DNA of 64,000 nt from assembly GCF_037042905.1 (NCBI RefSeq), contig NC_087250.1:24802001-24866000 (forward strand), written 5' to 3'. The DNA is from Lytechinus pictus (Eukaryota). The notes under the pieces are model-generated. The model was not told where the DNA came from. It was given only the letters and a program-made list of their open reading frames with translations, and ran no database searches. The position numbers were made by a program, and so were the translations under genes. Shown here piece by piece: positions 29,986 to 41,949 of this stretch; position 1 is the stretch's first letter, and every line of letters starts with the position of its first letter.

Positions 29986-31005
29986 TTTTATTTCTTGATT
30001 TCATGCTTTCCTCCTATTGGTCTGGCGCCATCTGCGACAAATTATGCAGTCTGCTTTCCAGATTCGTACCGCAAAAAATTGTGAGCATCTCTTGTATTTT
30101 CTACTTTAAATTTTGACGAAAACTGGTAAGTGTGACTGTGAAACTATGTTGCATGTATATATATTTTAAGAGCGATGTCATGGTATGATTTATTATTAGA
30201 GGGATAAGTGCAGGTACGTCAGAGATATGATAAACGAAGTGTGACCCTTTTGAGCACCGGAACCCACCACACCAGCACCACGAGTATCGCGGATGATTCT
30301 TCCCGAAACTTCCCGGGAGGCATTCTTCATTGCGCTGTCGGGGGGGCGGGCGCGGATCTCGAAACTGATCTGATTGAACACTCACACTCACAGTCACAGC
30401 ATTACGAATATTACGAATTCAACGAATCCCATCCTTTGGGCCTAAGACCATCACCGCTAATCATTTTATAAACAGAGCGCTGGCAGCTGACGCCCATCAA
30501 GGCTCAAGCCGGTCGTAAAACACGCTCTCACTGATGGACAGCGGAAATCAATTGTTGTACGCTGCTCCTACCCATTGCCATTGGCATTGCGATGTTGTTC
30601 GTTCACTTTATCAAAAGCAACGCCCAGCAGCGAATGTTAGCGCTATGAAAATGATAGCAGAAACAAGAAAACAGGCGTGCATAAACGTATTTTTTACGTA
30701 CATCGCAAACAACCACACATGAAATGCATTGACATCACCTTGCAGATCCGTATATCTAGACTACGGCAAAAAAGCAGTTGAAATTTGACGGAGAAATGTG
30801 CGGAAAAACGTTAAATGCATCTTTTTCGGACAGTATTGATGTCAATAGTAGGGCTTACCTTCGGTCAGAAGTTGATTTTCATTTGGGCATAAAATTCCAC
30901 AGGATTGATGAAATTTAACAGGATTTTTTTGATGGTCAGACGACAATCGCACATTATAGACAGCCTAAAATAATGTACTGAAAAACCAGATATGAATTGC
31001 GCATT

Positions 31006-31039
31006 GCATTCTAGGTAATGTAGGGACTTTCCCTATTGG
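31006..31039. promoter_or_regulatory. Putative SCNM1 (possibly bidirectional) promoter motifs: ZNF143/Staf-like site, kappaB consensus, inverted CCAAT
   Basis: GCATTCTAGGTAATGTAGG (31006-31024) resembles GCATTCTGGGAAATGTAGT. GGGACTTTCC at 31023-31032 and ATTGG at 31035-31039. The region is CpG-richer and lies between divergent splice donors (minus at 30858, plus at 31504). Confidence 0.45.
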
Positions 31040-31158
31040 CAATCGGGGCTAAAACATGACCGTCTTTGGTCGAAAGAGGGCCAGTGATCGATCGGTGACG
31101 ATCAATGGCCGAAGGAGCTTGTGTAAACAATCGCCCCGGGCGGTCGTAGTAAAAATTT

Positions 31159-31238
31159 GATTCTGCGTCTATCAGTGTCAGCAAGGCTCCATGACTTCTT
31201 CATCATGGAGCCTTGCTGACACTGATAGACGCAGAATC
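31159..31238. repeat. Perfect 36-bp inverted repeat with 8-nt loop
   Basis: GATTCTGCGTCTATCAGTGTCAGCAAGGCTCCATGA-cttcttca-TCATGGAGCCTTGCTGACACTGATAGACGCAGAATC. Confidence 0.95.
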
Positions 31239-31439
31239 GAATCGAGACCTAGTAGACACCTGGGGAGCGTTTTATGAAAGGACTTGTCAGACGTTTTATC
31301 CGACAAGTCCTGTTTTATCCGACAGTTACCATAGTAACAGTGGCCCTCAGCCAATGCGAATCAAGGAAAGATGTCATATCTGACAACTTGTCGTACAAAA
31401 ATGTTGATGAAACGTTTGTTTCGAGGAGTTTTTAAACAT

Positions 31440-31503
31440 TAAAATTTTTTTTTTTAATTTCTCCTCGTACACAGACGGCTCGCTAGCGTGCTGCCGCCAC
31501 TAG
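31440..31503 (+). other. SCNM1: Candidate non-coding first exon of SCNM1
   Basis: Strong donor TAG|GTGAGT at 31503/31504. The ATG exon begins with an acceptor at 34333, so an upstream exon is required. The start coordinate is approximate. Confidence 0.5.
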
Positions 31504-32916
31504 GTGAGTTACAATGCAAAATCCCCCGACGGGGCTCATTGATTTTTGTCTTTATTTCATAAAATGTATAAAAAGAACTGTACCAAAATAAAGCTTATTA
31601 TTCCATTTTGGCCTGAAATGCACCAAAACGGGAAAAATAAACTTAAAAGGGGAAAAAACAGTGACTTACTTTGGCTGTCGCGCAACTTCACTTCTCTGTT
31701 TTATCCGAACTTAATACATAAACATATGGCCATTGAGTCCCCTGTACAGATCACGCTAGAACTTGGTCTCTGTATTTGGTGAGTGAAGCCAACGGAGTTC
31801 AGCGGAACAACCAACATAACAGAGACCGAAGCTTTTGGTCTAATACCTGGATGGATTTCCCTCGTGAAATCGGTTTGTACGGGTGAATTTTATTGATATT
31901 TGAACCCGCTCACACGTATTGTGAGGTAGTATTAGTATACTAACCTCGCACCATGAACCGCGTTTGGCAGTGGATTTCTAACTACATGTAGTGGATCGCG
32001 CGTGCTGGGATCCCACTTCTTGGGCCCGTTGCATAAAACTTTTTACCTGAGAAAAATTTTTACCGGAGTTTTTGCCCTGTGTTAAAGTCAATGGCAGAAA
32101 TCAGACTAACCTTAGTTTTTAATAGTTTTTACCAGAGTTTTCTCAGGTAAAAAGTTTTATGCAACAGGCCCCTGGTGTCCACAAATTTTCTGTGCGCGGG
32201 GGCATGTAATGAACCCTTGGCTTGAGTGATTTGAACCTTCAAACGCCTAATGCGTATGAAGGTTCCAAAAAATGGGTTAATATTAAATAAAAAAAGTGAA
32301 AATTTTAAGTTTTCTTACCAGGCCGATCTCGTGTAGATCCCTCGATCCGTTTGTCAACAAAGCAAATTATACCATAGGTCTGACCCTTGAACCGCTTCGT
32401 TATGACGTACATTCGATTAGCGATGTTACAAAATGCCGTTTTGAAGAACAATTTAGAGATACAAATTATTATGTAACAAATACTAAAATTTAATACCTGA
32501 TTATGAATAATTATTATTTGAATGAACCCTTGAGTGTGTTTGAAGTGCAGCTGTGTCTGAGTGTGTAGAATGAGCGGCTGAGGTTGAGAGCTCTGCATGC
32601 CTCTGACTCAGGCTGAGATGAGGTGTGCCAATTATCAACTCTCTCCACAATCGGAACTTTTTAACTCCTACTTCAGCGTTAGCTACCATTATCTTCAGAC
32701 ACTCACTTTTATTTAACTCATCATTATATTGTATTGTGCTTTTCTAATTTTCATTTCCTTTTGGAGTAGAGTCTAACATTAGATGATTTTGACTTTTGTT
32801 TTTTCATTTATTTTTCCCAACTTCCCAAATAAATGTTATCTTGGAAGCTCATTTGTATCGTGTAGACCTCTAGACCTATATGATAGAAAAAAAACTAACT
32901 AAAAGGCCTACCATAG

Positions 32917-33512
32917 GGGCACTAGTATTCAACCCGTTTGGAGTTTCCTCAAATACATAGAAATATAGAATTTACCTGAATTTCAGACCCGTCTTATTTC
33001 CAAGAGCAAATGCTGGTTATTCTTTTTCCGTTATTTTTTTCTTCAACCCGTCGACTATGTGCGCGGGCGATCAAATTATATGGCGATGGTTTTTGGCATT
33101 AGTATTCAATCCGTCGGCACTAGTATTCAACCTTGCGATGAAAGATGGCCCTGTCTCTCAATCTGCCCTTGTCCCAACCGACTATGAACTAGACCATTTG
33201 AGATGAGACCAAACAGGGAATTAATCAAAGCCAGAGACTTGCATAGATCTAGATCTAATTTAGCAATCTAAACCATTTTGAAATTCGCTATCTATCATCA
33301 CTAGGTTGGATACTAGTGCAATTCAGTGCAAAAAGTCATCGCCGCATAATTCGATCTTCCGCGCATACAGTCGACAGATTGATAAAGAAAATACAGACAA
33401 CAGATCACCCTGGAAATAACAAAGTATGAAATTAAGATAAAATCCCCATTTCTAAATATTTGGGGGAATTTGTCAAAATCTTTGAATTATGCCAGGGTTG
33501 AATACTAGTGCC
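32917..33512. mobile_element. Palindromic MITE
   Basis: TIRs GGGCACTAGTATTCAACCC / GGGTTGAATACTAGTGCCC, with internal symmetry. Confidence 0.75.
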
Positions 33513-34348
33513 CATACGGTACTAGTCACTGATTTATTTAGACTGATGATACTAATTATTGGAAGGGGGGGGGGGCAATATTTTCTATGTATGGTAGTGG
33601 ATCGTATTACCGAACATTTTTCACGAATTCAATCATGTCAAACACATTATTCTCATAAAATTCACCAAACTTTCAATTACCTACAAAATATAAATACCTA
33701 AAATTTTTGCCGAAATCGTTTTTCCTTTTTACGATATTAGCTTCCACTCGGACCCCTCTTCGCATGTGAAATATTTTGGTCACTTGAAAAAGGTATCGTA
33801 TTACAGAACGTGTGTTTTCTATGGGAAAAGTTGAGAAAACAACAAAATCACTGATGAGCTATTTTGACCATATTTTATTATTTTTAGAATATTAAGACTT
33901 TGAAAATGTGTTTTTGACCATTTTTCATCATCTTTCTATTCAAGTTCCCTTTGGAAGGATGTTGCAAAGAATTGAGCGTATGAAATTATTTTCTGACGCG
34001 TACAATGCGCGCGGTCGGTAATACAAGGCCGGTCGGTAATAAAATCACTCACTATACTATCTGCTCATCAATATCACATTTTTTCATTTGCCACCAAATC
34101 CAAAAATTAATTCCCTTTTGCAATTGCAAGTAATGAAAACAAAATTGAAGACAGTTGTCTCCCAAATTGAAGACTTTCACTGAAATTACATGCAGGCGCC
34201 ATAATTCTTACAAAAGTCTTGCACATTTATGACATTGCTCCGGTCTGATTTGATTATCAGAAAAAAAAAGTTTAGCTTAATTAATCCTACCCATTTTTCT
34301 TTTCTTTTTTTTTCTCTGTCCCTCATTTGCAGATACCATAATCTGAAG

Positions 34349-34399
34349 ATGTCATTCAAGAGAGAAGGAGATGATGGTTCACAGTTGAACCTTCTTAAG
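34349..34399 (+). CDS. SCNM1: SCNM1 coding exon 1
   Basis: MSFKREGDDGSQLNLLK; donor AAG|GTTTGT. Confidence 0.93.
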
Positions 34400-37300
34400 G
34401 TTTGTATTGCAGGTTATTAAATGAAGTATAATAAATTATAATGAAAAATTAAGTTATCACTTTGTTTTATTTAAGCCTAGATGTACAATTTTATATTATG
34501 ATATAGATCCTATTGTATTTTTTCCCCTTTGTGTATTCTTATTTATAAAGCCATTTGGAAACCACATTTCTTTGTATGCATACAAATACATTGACCAATA
34601 AAATAATCTTCAATCTCATTTTATATACAAGGAAAAAAATGCCCAGGGACTCGGGGATGATTCCCTCTGAACAAAAGTATAAAGCGCCTAAAAAACAAAG
34701 CAAAAAGGCCCTAGATTGCTTAAAATTCCCATTTAGGTCCAATGTAATCATAATGGTGTAGCAAATTTTGGCTGATGATCTCAACAAGGTGCATTGTCAT
34801 TACCATGGGCGGAAATCCCAGGGGCACATGTCCCCCCCCCCTACTCAAAATAGTAGGGGGGACACACTATTAAATGTCCCCTTACTATTTGTGGTCTTTT
34901 ATGATAAAAAGAAATGCGTCATTCAAAATCGAAATAAAACATGTATTTTAGGACGAAATGGGATGATAACCTTTTTTTTTTTGCTTGTCAAATTTATTTT
35001 CGTCCAAATGACCTTAAATATGGGGTGATAACATTTTTTTGTTTGCTTGTCAAATTTTCCAGCCCTTGTCCCCTACCTTTTGGGAGAGATTTCCGCCCCT
35101 GGTCATTACAAAGTGAAAACCATGCTTGTACACAAAGTATTGTTTTTCACAGACAGGCATACATTAAAATAGGTATATCATCAATATTGAAGGGAAAAGG
35201 GTATACTTTTCAATCATATATCAACTTATCACAAAAAGTAGAATATTTTAAGCATTACTTGGTGTTAATATTTTTGTGTAGGGTACTCTGAAATAGGATG
35301 ATTACTAAACTCTATTTTGAAAGTCCATATTGTATATCGTAAGTTGATGTACATAATTGATGAATTCTATATTTAAACCCTACAACTCTGTACACTGTAC
35401 TGATCTACATGATTTTAATATTGTAATGAGATTGTAAATTGGACTTTTCAGCTCTGTTGTTAGCAGATGTTTACTATATACCAACATATAAAATAATAAA
35501 TGAAATAAATATAGGGTCCACCTTGTAATGAGTGTAAGATCCCCCACCCAGGCTTCGTAGAGAAAATGAATTTTTTATCCTAACCAGTGTGTCTGTGTTA
35601 AAAAGTTTAATATTATTTTTATTTGTGTTTTAATTTGTAGAAACGGAGAGTAGCTGAACTGTTGGCTAAGGATATCCCAGATGATGAAGCAATGCTTATG
35701 AGCAATGGAAGGTTAGTATGTCAGGCAAACTCAAATGGAGTCGAGGCTGGCCTCAAGGCCACTTTTGGTCGGCCTTGACCTCAATCGGGCCCAGTAGTAT
35801 GAAGAGAGTCAAGGGAAGACACTTTCTCCTGGAGAAATGACTCTATGATGATTGCAAGTATATGTTTGTCATTGTCTGATGGTATATTGAATGCTTGGGA
35901 GTTTCATTGAATTATTTTCAAATTCCTTAAAATATATATATAGCATTTTAATATGTCAAATGACATGTGGGGAAGCTGCTTACTTTTTATGTCATAAAAT
36001 AAAAAACTGAAATGTCCCATTCCTAGATTGATTTTCGCCAAACCATTGTCAAAGTGTTTTTTTTTTTTTTTAATTCTAGCTTAAATTTATTTATACAGAT
36101 TTACATTATGGCTAACTTCCCTTGTATGGCGTCCTATCAGTCAATTCTTGATAAAGCTGGTTGTAAGAGAAAAACATGGTAAATGGTGAGGATTTTTGCT
36201 AAGAAAGCATTAATTCCTATAAGCAAGCAACCAGAGGACCGACGGCTTAACGTCCTGTCCGAGATGATTAAGAACACTATCAGAACAAAGTTATTGTTTA
36301 ATTACTGCTTTTTATCATTTGAATACCCAGATATGCGTGTACGGTTTGCCATTATAAACCAGTCTTCGACACCGTTGATATGCTGACAGTTCACCGAGCT
36401 GGAAAGAAACATCAACATGGTATGTACTGTGTCATCCCTTATTAAATGCATTCAAGGACCCCTGTAATACACTGTGCTAAATATAACTCGGTGTCTACAT
36501 TTGTAGATATATAAAAATAATTTATTTATTATACATATTTATATATAAAGGTATCTATATTGCAAAATAAGCATAAAAGATAATTGGTAATTTAAGCACA
36601 TCTAATTTGCCTTTTTGTTTTGAAGCAACAAAAAAACACTTTGCAAATAGTGTATGATGGTGGAATACATAAAAACAAAAAATAAAGCTAAATAGGTTAT
36701 CTTTATAAAAAAAAATGAATAAGGGAATTGTTACAAGTATAAAAGGTTTTTAATTATTCCAATACATCATTTAATTTTGTTATCCCTTTTTTCTGTAGCC
36801 ACTGAAAATCATTTTGCAAAGAAGAGAGACCTCGCTTTGCTAGTAAGAAAGAGAAGGCAAGAAGAAGAGATCAAGAGAGAGAGTCAGATAGGAAAGAATC
36901 AGGTAATTATAAATGACCAGGTGGGTGTTTCATAAAGCTGTTTGTAAGATACAAATGACTTTATGCGCGACTGGTGATCCTTTCTTTTGCTATGTGATAT
37001 ATCCCTATGTAATTAATCTATGACCTAAGAACATGTTCAAGTCATGTGTAAAGTCTTTCGTAGCTTTATGAAACACGCACCTGATCAAATGATCTAGGGG
37101 TACGTTGGGTGTGAGCACCCCCCCCCCTCCTTTTGGAAAAGTTAATACCAAAAAAGGGAATTGTCGCCTGTTTGGGGAATTCAAATGCTTTTGTGTTTAG
37201 TAAATTTTTGAGGAGGTAATGTTGAGCCTTCCACATTTGACTTTTTTGTTGTTGACAAAATCCAAAATTTTCACAAAGTGGACCCCCCCCCATATCCTTG

Positions 37301-40300
37301 TATAAACTTGAATATATTGACATGCAGGTAGACTTTCATAAGTTGAACTTCAATAGTATATTCACCCAATCGAAGCAATATTTTCACCAGATTTTGCAAA
37401 GCCTCTGTTGTATAGCTTTGTCATTTTGAATTTCAATTTAAGTCAAACAATTTTCAATGATCTCATAGAATAAGTTTAGGCAAAGTTACTTGTATGTTCA
37501 ATTTACAGAGAGACTCTAGTTAAAATTGTGAATGAAGGTGAGATGAATAGCACGATGACATCTTATCTAGAGTAACAAAACAGGATAAAGAAATTATGAA
37601 ATCATAATTTCACTTCTTTTGTTTGTATGTTTTTCTCATAAAGGAAGCTGAGCCATCCCCCCTATTACTGAAAGTGGAAGCGGCCAAAAGACACACACTG
37701 CTGAAGGAAGCTCCATACAATCCTTGTCATACACACAAAAATGAAGGGTGAGTCTACTTTCTAAAGTGAGATTATTATATTGCTACAGAGGGGATATTTC
37801 TTTCACAGGTAATTTGATCAAGGGGTTATGAAAAAAAGGGTCATTGCCATGATAATACAAACTGTTGCATTTATGATATGGGAAGCTGGTCTTTCACTTA
37901 ATGCCCATACTCTCACATTTGTGAGCCTTTTTATTATAAAATGCAAGACTGATCGTCTATTCTCGTGTCAAAAGAGGACCGAGTGGAAGTGAATTTCCTG
38001 TAAATGCTTGTCAATATCGACAATGTAAATCTACGAATGTCAGATTTATAAATATATCTAGCTGAGGAGTCAAAATGATTGAGAACTTGATCTAGAAGCC
38101 AAGAACATGTCACCAGTTGTACATAAAATCATTCATAAATTACAGTTTACGAAACAGCATCGAGATAAGTCGAGTATTCGCCTGAAAGTCAAAGCAATTT
38201 TTTAGATATGATTATGCAAAACACATTTTTTGTAGGCTTACATGATATTTTCAAACAGATTTCTGTCGTCAACCCGCTAGAAACAATTTAGGCAGAGTCA
38301 CCTCTATTTTTTTTTAATTCCTTTTACAGACTTTCCAAAAAATCAAAGAACAAGCTATTCTTCCAATCCATCCGGCAGATCAGTTCAACCAATCAGACGG
38401 TAGGGAATTCAAATCTAGCCAATCAGGACCAAGATCTTTCACATTTTTCCCATAAACATGCTACATCTGTCGCTACTAAACAGACTCTTCAACCAGGCTT
38501 TTCTTATGATCACCCTCATGTTGCTATTGCTGGCCCTACTACTGCTCCTCGAAAGGCAGGTTTCAAGCCTGGTTTGAAGTCTAACCTACAGGCTCGAGCT
38601 CCAGGAGTTTCTAGCTTTCAAATCAGACCATACATATCAAAAGCAAAGAGGAATGCAATAAATTATAAAGCATGCTCTTCAAAACAACCAGATCATAAAC
38701 CTAATTCAGGAAAGCCAGAAACAATCTCATCCCCGGGTTCCTACAATGAATCATCCCTTTCAGTTCAAGATGAATCATCTGGAGGTGAGGTTGAGAACTC
38801 GGTTGAATTCATAAGGGAATTCCAAAGTACACAGAACTCAGATGTTTATGACAATGCTAGCATTACCAAGGTTAGACAGGTAAAAAATGAGAGGACCATG
38901 AAAGCAACTCCAGGCAGCTTCTTCCAGAGGGAATCGCCATGTGGCAACATGCAACAGGATTTCAGGTTAGATGTAGATGGTGGAGAGAAGGGTTCACGGC
39001 AGCATGCACAGGGACCTGTACCGAAGCCTGAGTTTGTGAGGGGTTTCCAGGGGTGTAGTCAAGGGACACACAAACACCCTCAGGGTGTAAGGGGTATCCA
39101 GAGGTGTGGCCAAGGGACTTCCCTGGAGCCTCAGGGTTTGAAGGATCTCCAAGACTGCAGAAGAGGGGCCAGAGTAGAGGAAGAAAGGACTAAACAAAGA
39201 GTGGTAAAGACAAAGCAGAAGAGCAAATCAAAGATGACAGATGAGAAGAAGGAAGAACTCCAGAGATACTTAGAGCTTACCAGGTATGTATAAAGTTCAG
39301 AAGCAATGATGTCACAAAATAACTTTTTCACATTTCACTGGTTTTAATACCACATTTTGACGAAGCATGAAAGACATCAAGTATCTACATCGGATGGGAA
39401 TCGGTGAGTGTATGTCCTCTCGCTTTGCCTCATTGAAATTAATGAGTGTAAATCTTCCAAACATAATGAAACAAGCTAGTTACATTGCTTTCAGTAGGGC
39501 CTATTGGTCACTCATTTGACCATACCTTGGGCCACCATATACAGATTCGTGTTAAATTATGTGTGTGGATGTTAGTCATGCTGTCCTGGCATTTGGTCAT
39601 AAATATGCTGTAATGCACAAAAAGAAAACTATGATGTCACACTTCGGGAATCTATAATAACACTTTTCCAGTTGATGGTTATCTTTATGTGTATGCCTTT
39701 TTAATATTTTTATTTGTAATTAATTGTTGTTTTTATTCAAATTCTTTACTAGTTTGTTGATTTTGAAATGTGTGTTTCTTGCAATCTAATAAATTGATTG
39801 CAATATTTTTTTTCAGTAATGCATGTTAATCAGGGAGTAGCCTAGATAGGTCTATTTGGCTTTTGCTACTCCCTCACATCTCATTTATTACCCTATGTAA
39901 TTTGTTATTTTGTCATTTTGAAATATTCATTACTCCATTACTATGGAATCATTTCGATTGATTTGATTTGATCTTGATGTATTATGTCTTGTATGTTTTT
40001 TTAGAGATGTGAAATAAATAAATTTGAATTTGAAAAAAATAATAATAGGAGGGTGGGGCTAGGGTTGGAGGATGCAATGAATCATACAGAGTAGAGAAAG
40101 GAGGTAAGGGCAATAGACCAGTTCGTAGTTACTTCATGGACAATTTTGGTCAAATGACCTTTCATTTCTTTCATTAAGATAGCAGATTTCAAAGGAAGAT
40201 GTTATGTAAGCATGCCTTACATAGCAGGATGAAGAAATTGAATAGATCAGGATCAGGTGACTAGAATAGCACATCAATGAACACTTTATGAAAATATTTG

Positions 40301-40730
40301 TATTGTATCATGTTTTTTTGGAGATATAAATAAATTTGAATTTGAATTTTTTTTTTAATAAGTGGAGATGGAGAGTAGGAGGGTTGGGCTAGGGATGGAG
40401 GATGCGGTTGAATCATGTAGAGTAGAGGAAAGAGGTAAGGGCAATTGCGACGAGTTTAAGGGGAAGCCGGCATCCCTGGTTGTGTTGGCACAAAAGCGGA
40501 ATTATTCATTTGTCAACTGATTGTCTTGGAGCTTCCATTGATTGTAAACTGAAATAGAATTTTGGATATCTTCTTCCTCATTATCCCATTCTTGCTTTCA
40601 CTCATGTTGTTGTTTTATTTTGTATTGCCTTTGTTTTGACAGTTCTGGCTGGGTACAAGACAACGGAGGTAACTGGATCAAAGGTCAGGATGTGGAGTTT
40701 GATTCGGATGAAGAGCCACCAAAATCTTAG
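34349..40730 (+). CDS. SCNM1: Sodium channel modifier 1 (minor-spliceosome zinc-finger protein), complete CDS, 486 aa
   Basis: Exons 34349-34399, 35641-35711, 36331-36419, 36799-36902, 37644-37747, 38330-39283 and 40643-40730 total 1461 nt, all GT-AG and in phase. The translation MSFKREGDDGSQLNLLKKRRVAELLAKDIPDDEAMLMSNGRYACTVCHYKPVFDTVDMLTVHRAGKKH...RYLELTSSGWVQDNGGNWIKGQDVEFDSDEEPPKS matches the recalled SCNM1 N-terminus, zinc finger and acidic C-terminus. Confidence 0.95.
34804..35101. mobile_element. hAT-like MITE in SCNM1 intron
   Basis: TIRs CATGGGCGGAAATC / GATTTCCGCCCCTG. Perfect 8-bp TSD GTCATTAC. Confidence 0.88.
35641..35711 (+). CDS. SCNM1: SCNM1 coding exon 2
   Basis: tttgtag|KRRVAELLAKDIPDDEAMLMSNG(R)|gttagt. 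Confidence 0.93.
36331..36419 (+). CDS. SCNM1: SCNM1 coding exon 3 (zinc finger)
   Basis: cag|YACTVCHYKPVFDTVDMLTVHRAGKKHQH|gtatgt. Confidence 0.93.
36799..36902 (+). CDS. SCNM1: SCNM1 coding exon 4
   Basis: ttctgtag|ATENHFAKKRDLALLVRKRRQEEEIKRESQIGKNQ|gtaatt. Confidence 0.88.
37644..37747 (+). CDS. SCNM1: SCNM1 coding exon 5
   Basis: taaag|EAEPSPLLLKVEAAKRHTLLKEAPYNPCHTHKNEG|gtgagt. Parallels the vertebrate APLL...APHYNSC segment. Confidence 0.85.
38330..39283 (+). CDS. SCNM1: SCNM1 coding exon 6 (954 nt, expanded)
   Basis: Acceptor cttttacag|A, open frame including ORF 38574..39293, ending ELQRYLELT, donor AG|GTATGT. Confidence 0.85.
40643..40730 (+). CDS. SCNM1: SCNM1 last coding exon
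   Basis: ttgacag|SGWVQDNGGNWIKGQDVEFDSDEEPPKS*. Confidence 0.93.
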
Positions 40731-41949
40731 TCCATGTGCTCTTGGACATATCACTTATTAGACAGAAAACAAGGCTCCTACTTGCTCAACACTTCTTCAA
40801 TAGACAAAACAACAGCTCTATGAGCAACCCTCTGATTGTGAGTTGTTCAAAATGTTTGCTTAATACAGGGAAAACTATTTTCCAGTCAGGGAATTTGATA
40901 AATAATATCTCAAATTGGGGGAAAATGCTTTAAATGAGGGAAAAACCAGGGAATTTTGATAAACTTAAAAGTCAAAGAACGGTAGTCAGTCAGGCTCTGT
41001 TATACATTATCGTTTTTATACTGAAAATACATGTAATTCACTGCAACATCTTAGAAAACATGTGAAACTGGGAATGGGTTTTAAATAATGATCAGGGAAT
41101 TTTTTAACTTTATTGCGAAATCAGGGAATTTTGTTTTTTTGAAAAGCTGGGAACCCTGTAATAGCATAAAAGTCACCCCAAAACCACCTATAAGTTGACC
41201 AAAATGAATATTGAGATTTTTATCGAGCCTGAAAATTAATTTCCTAAACTTTAAAATGATATATAATATGTTAAAATTGACCAACAATAACCATTACAAG
41301 TACTTGATTGAATGCAGAGGAAATTCAACAAGAGCTTATAAAATAAGGAGAAAACAAGGTTTGAAGTTTGGGGTTCACTCAAACATGAGATGTGCATACT
41401 GTGTAATCTCATTGAAACTTCCAAGCAGTCTGAAAAAAGTAGTGTCCAAGAAACTCTTGCATCTTTTCTTTTATTCAACTTCATGACTTCAAATTTTCAC
41501 AATATGAAGAAGAAGTATTGCTCTTTCAGATAAGCTATTTTTTAATTTTTGGATTTCGGAGACTAATTTACTATTTTGGCTATTTACAGAGAACCTTACC
41601 AGGCGACTTATTGGTGGTTTTGAGGTAGTAGGTCATATGTGTTGTGTACAAGAACTATGCATTATTGTTGTTATTATCCCTGTTGTTATTCTTTTGCATT
41701 AAATTGGTGAATTTCCTTTCAGTTCTCCTTTTACTGTTGAAAGAGTAGGTATGTGATATGATTCAGTTCTCTCACTTTACTTTTTTCTTCGGTTGCTGGC
41801 CGGGCAATGGTAGCAGCAAAATAATTCTTTCTTCTTTTTTTGCTATTAAAAGAATGAAGTAAGAATTTGTTTGTTTTCATTTTATAGGAAATGAGAGAGA
41901 ATATTAGAAGAAAATGACACAGTACTGTTCTACTAAAAAAATAAATTGA

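Noticed and set aside
30047..31257. One transposon spanning the CpG-rich region, with AGTCTGC...GATTCG / CGAATC...AGTAGAC ends
   Set aside because: Terminal similarity is too weak and there is no TSD. It cannot be excluded without a repeat-library search.
34400..40642. U12-type introns within SCNM1
   Set aside because: Donors are GTTTGT, GTTAGT, GTATGT, GTAATT, GTGAGT and GTATGT. None matches RTATCCTT.
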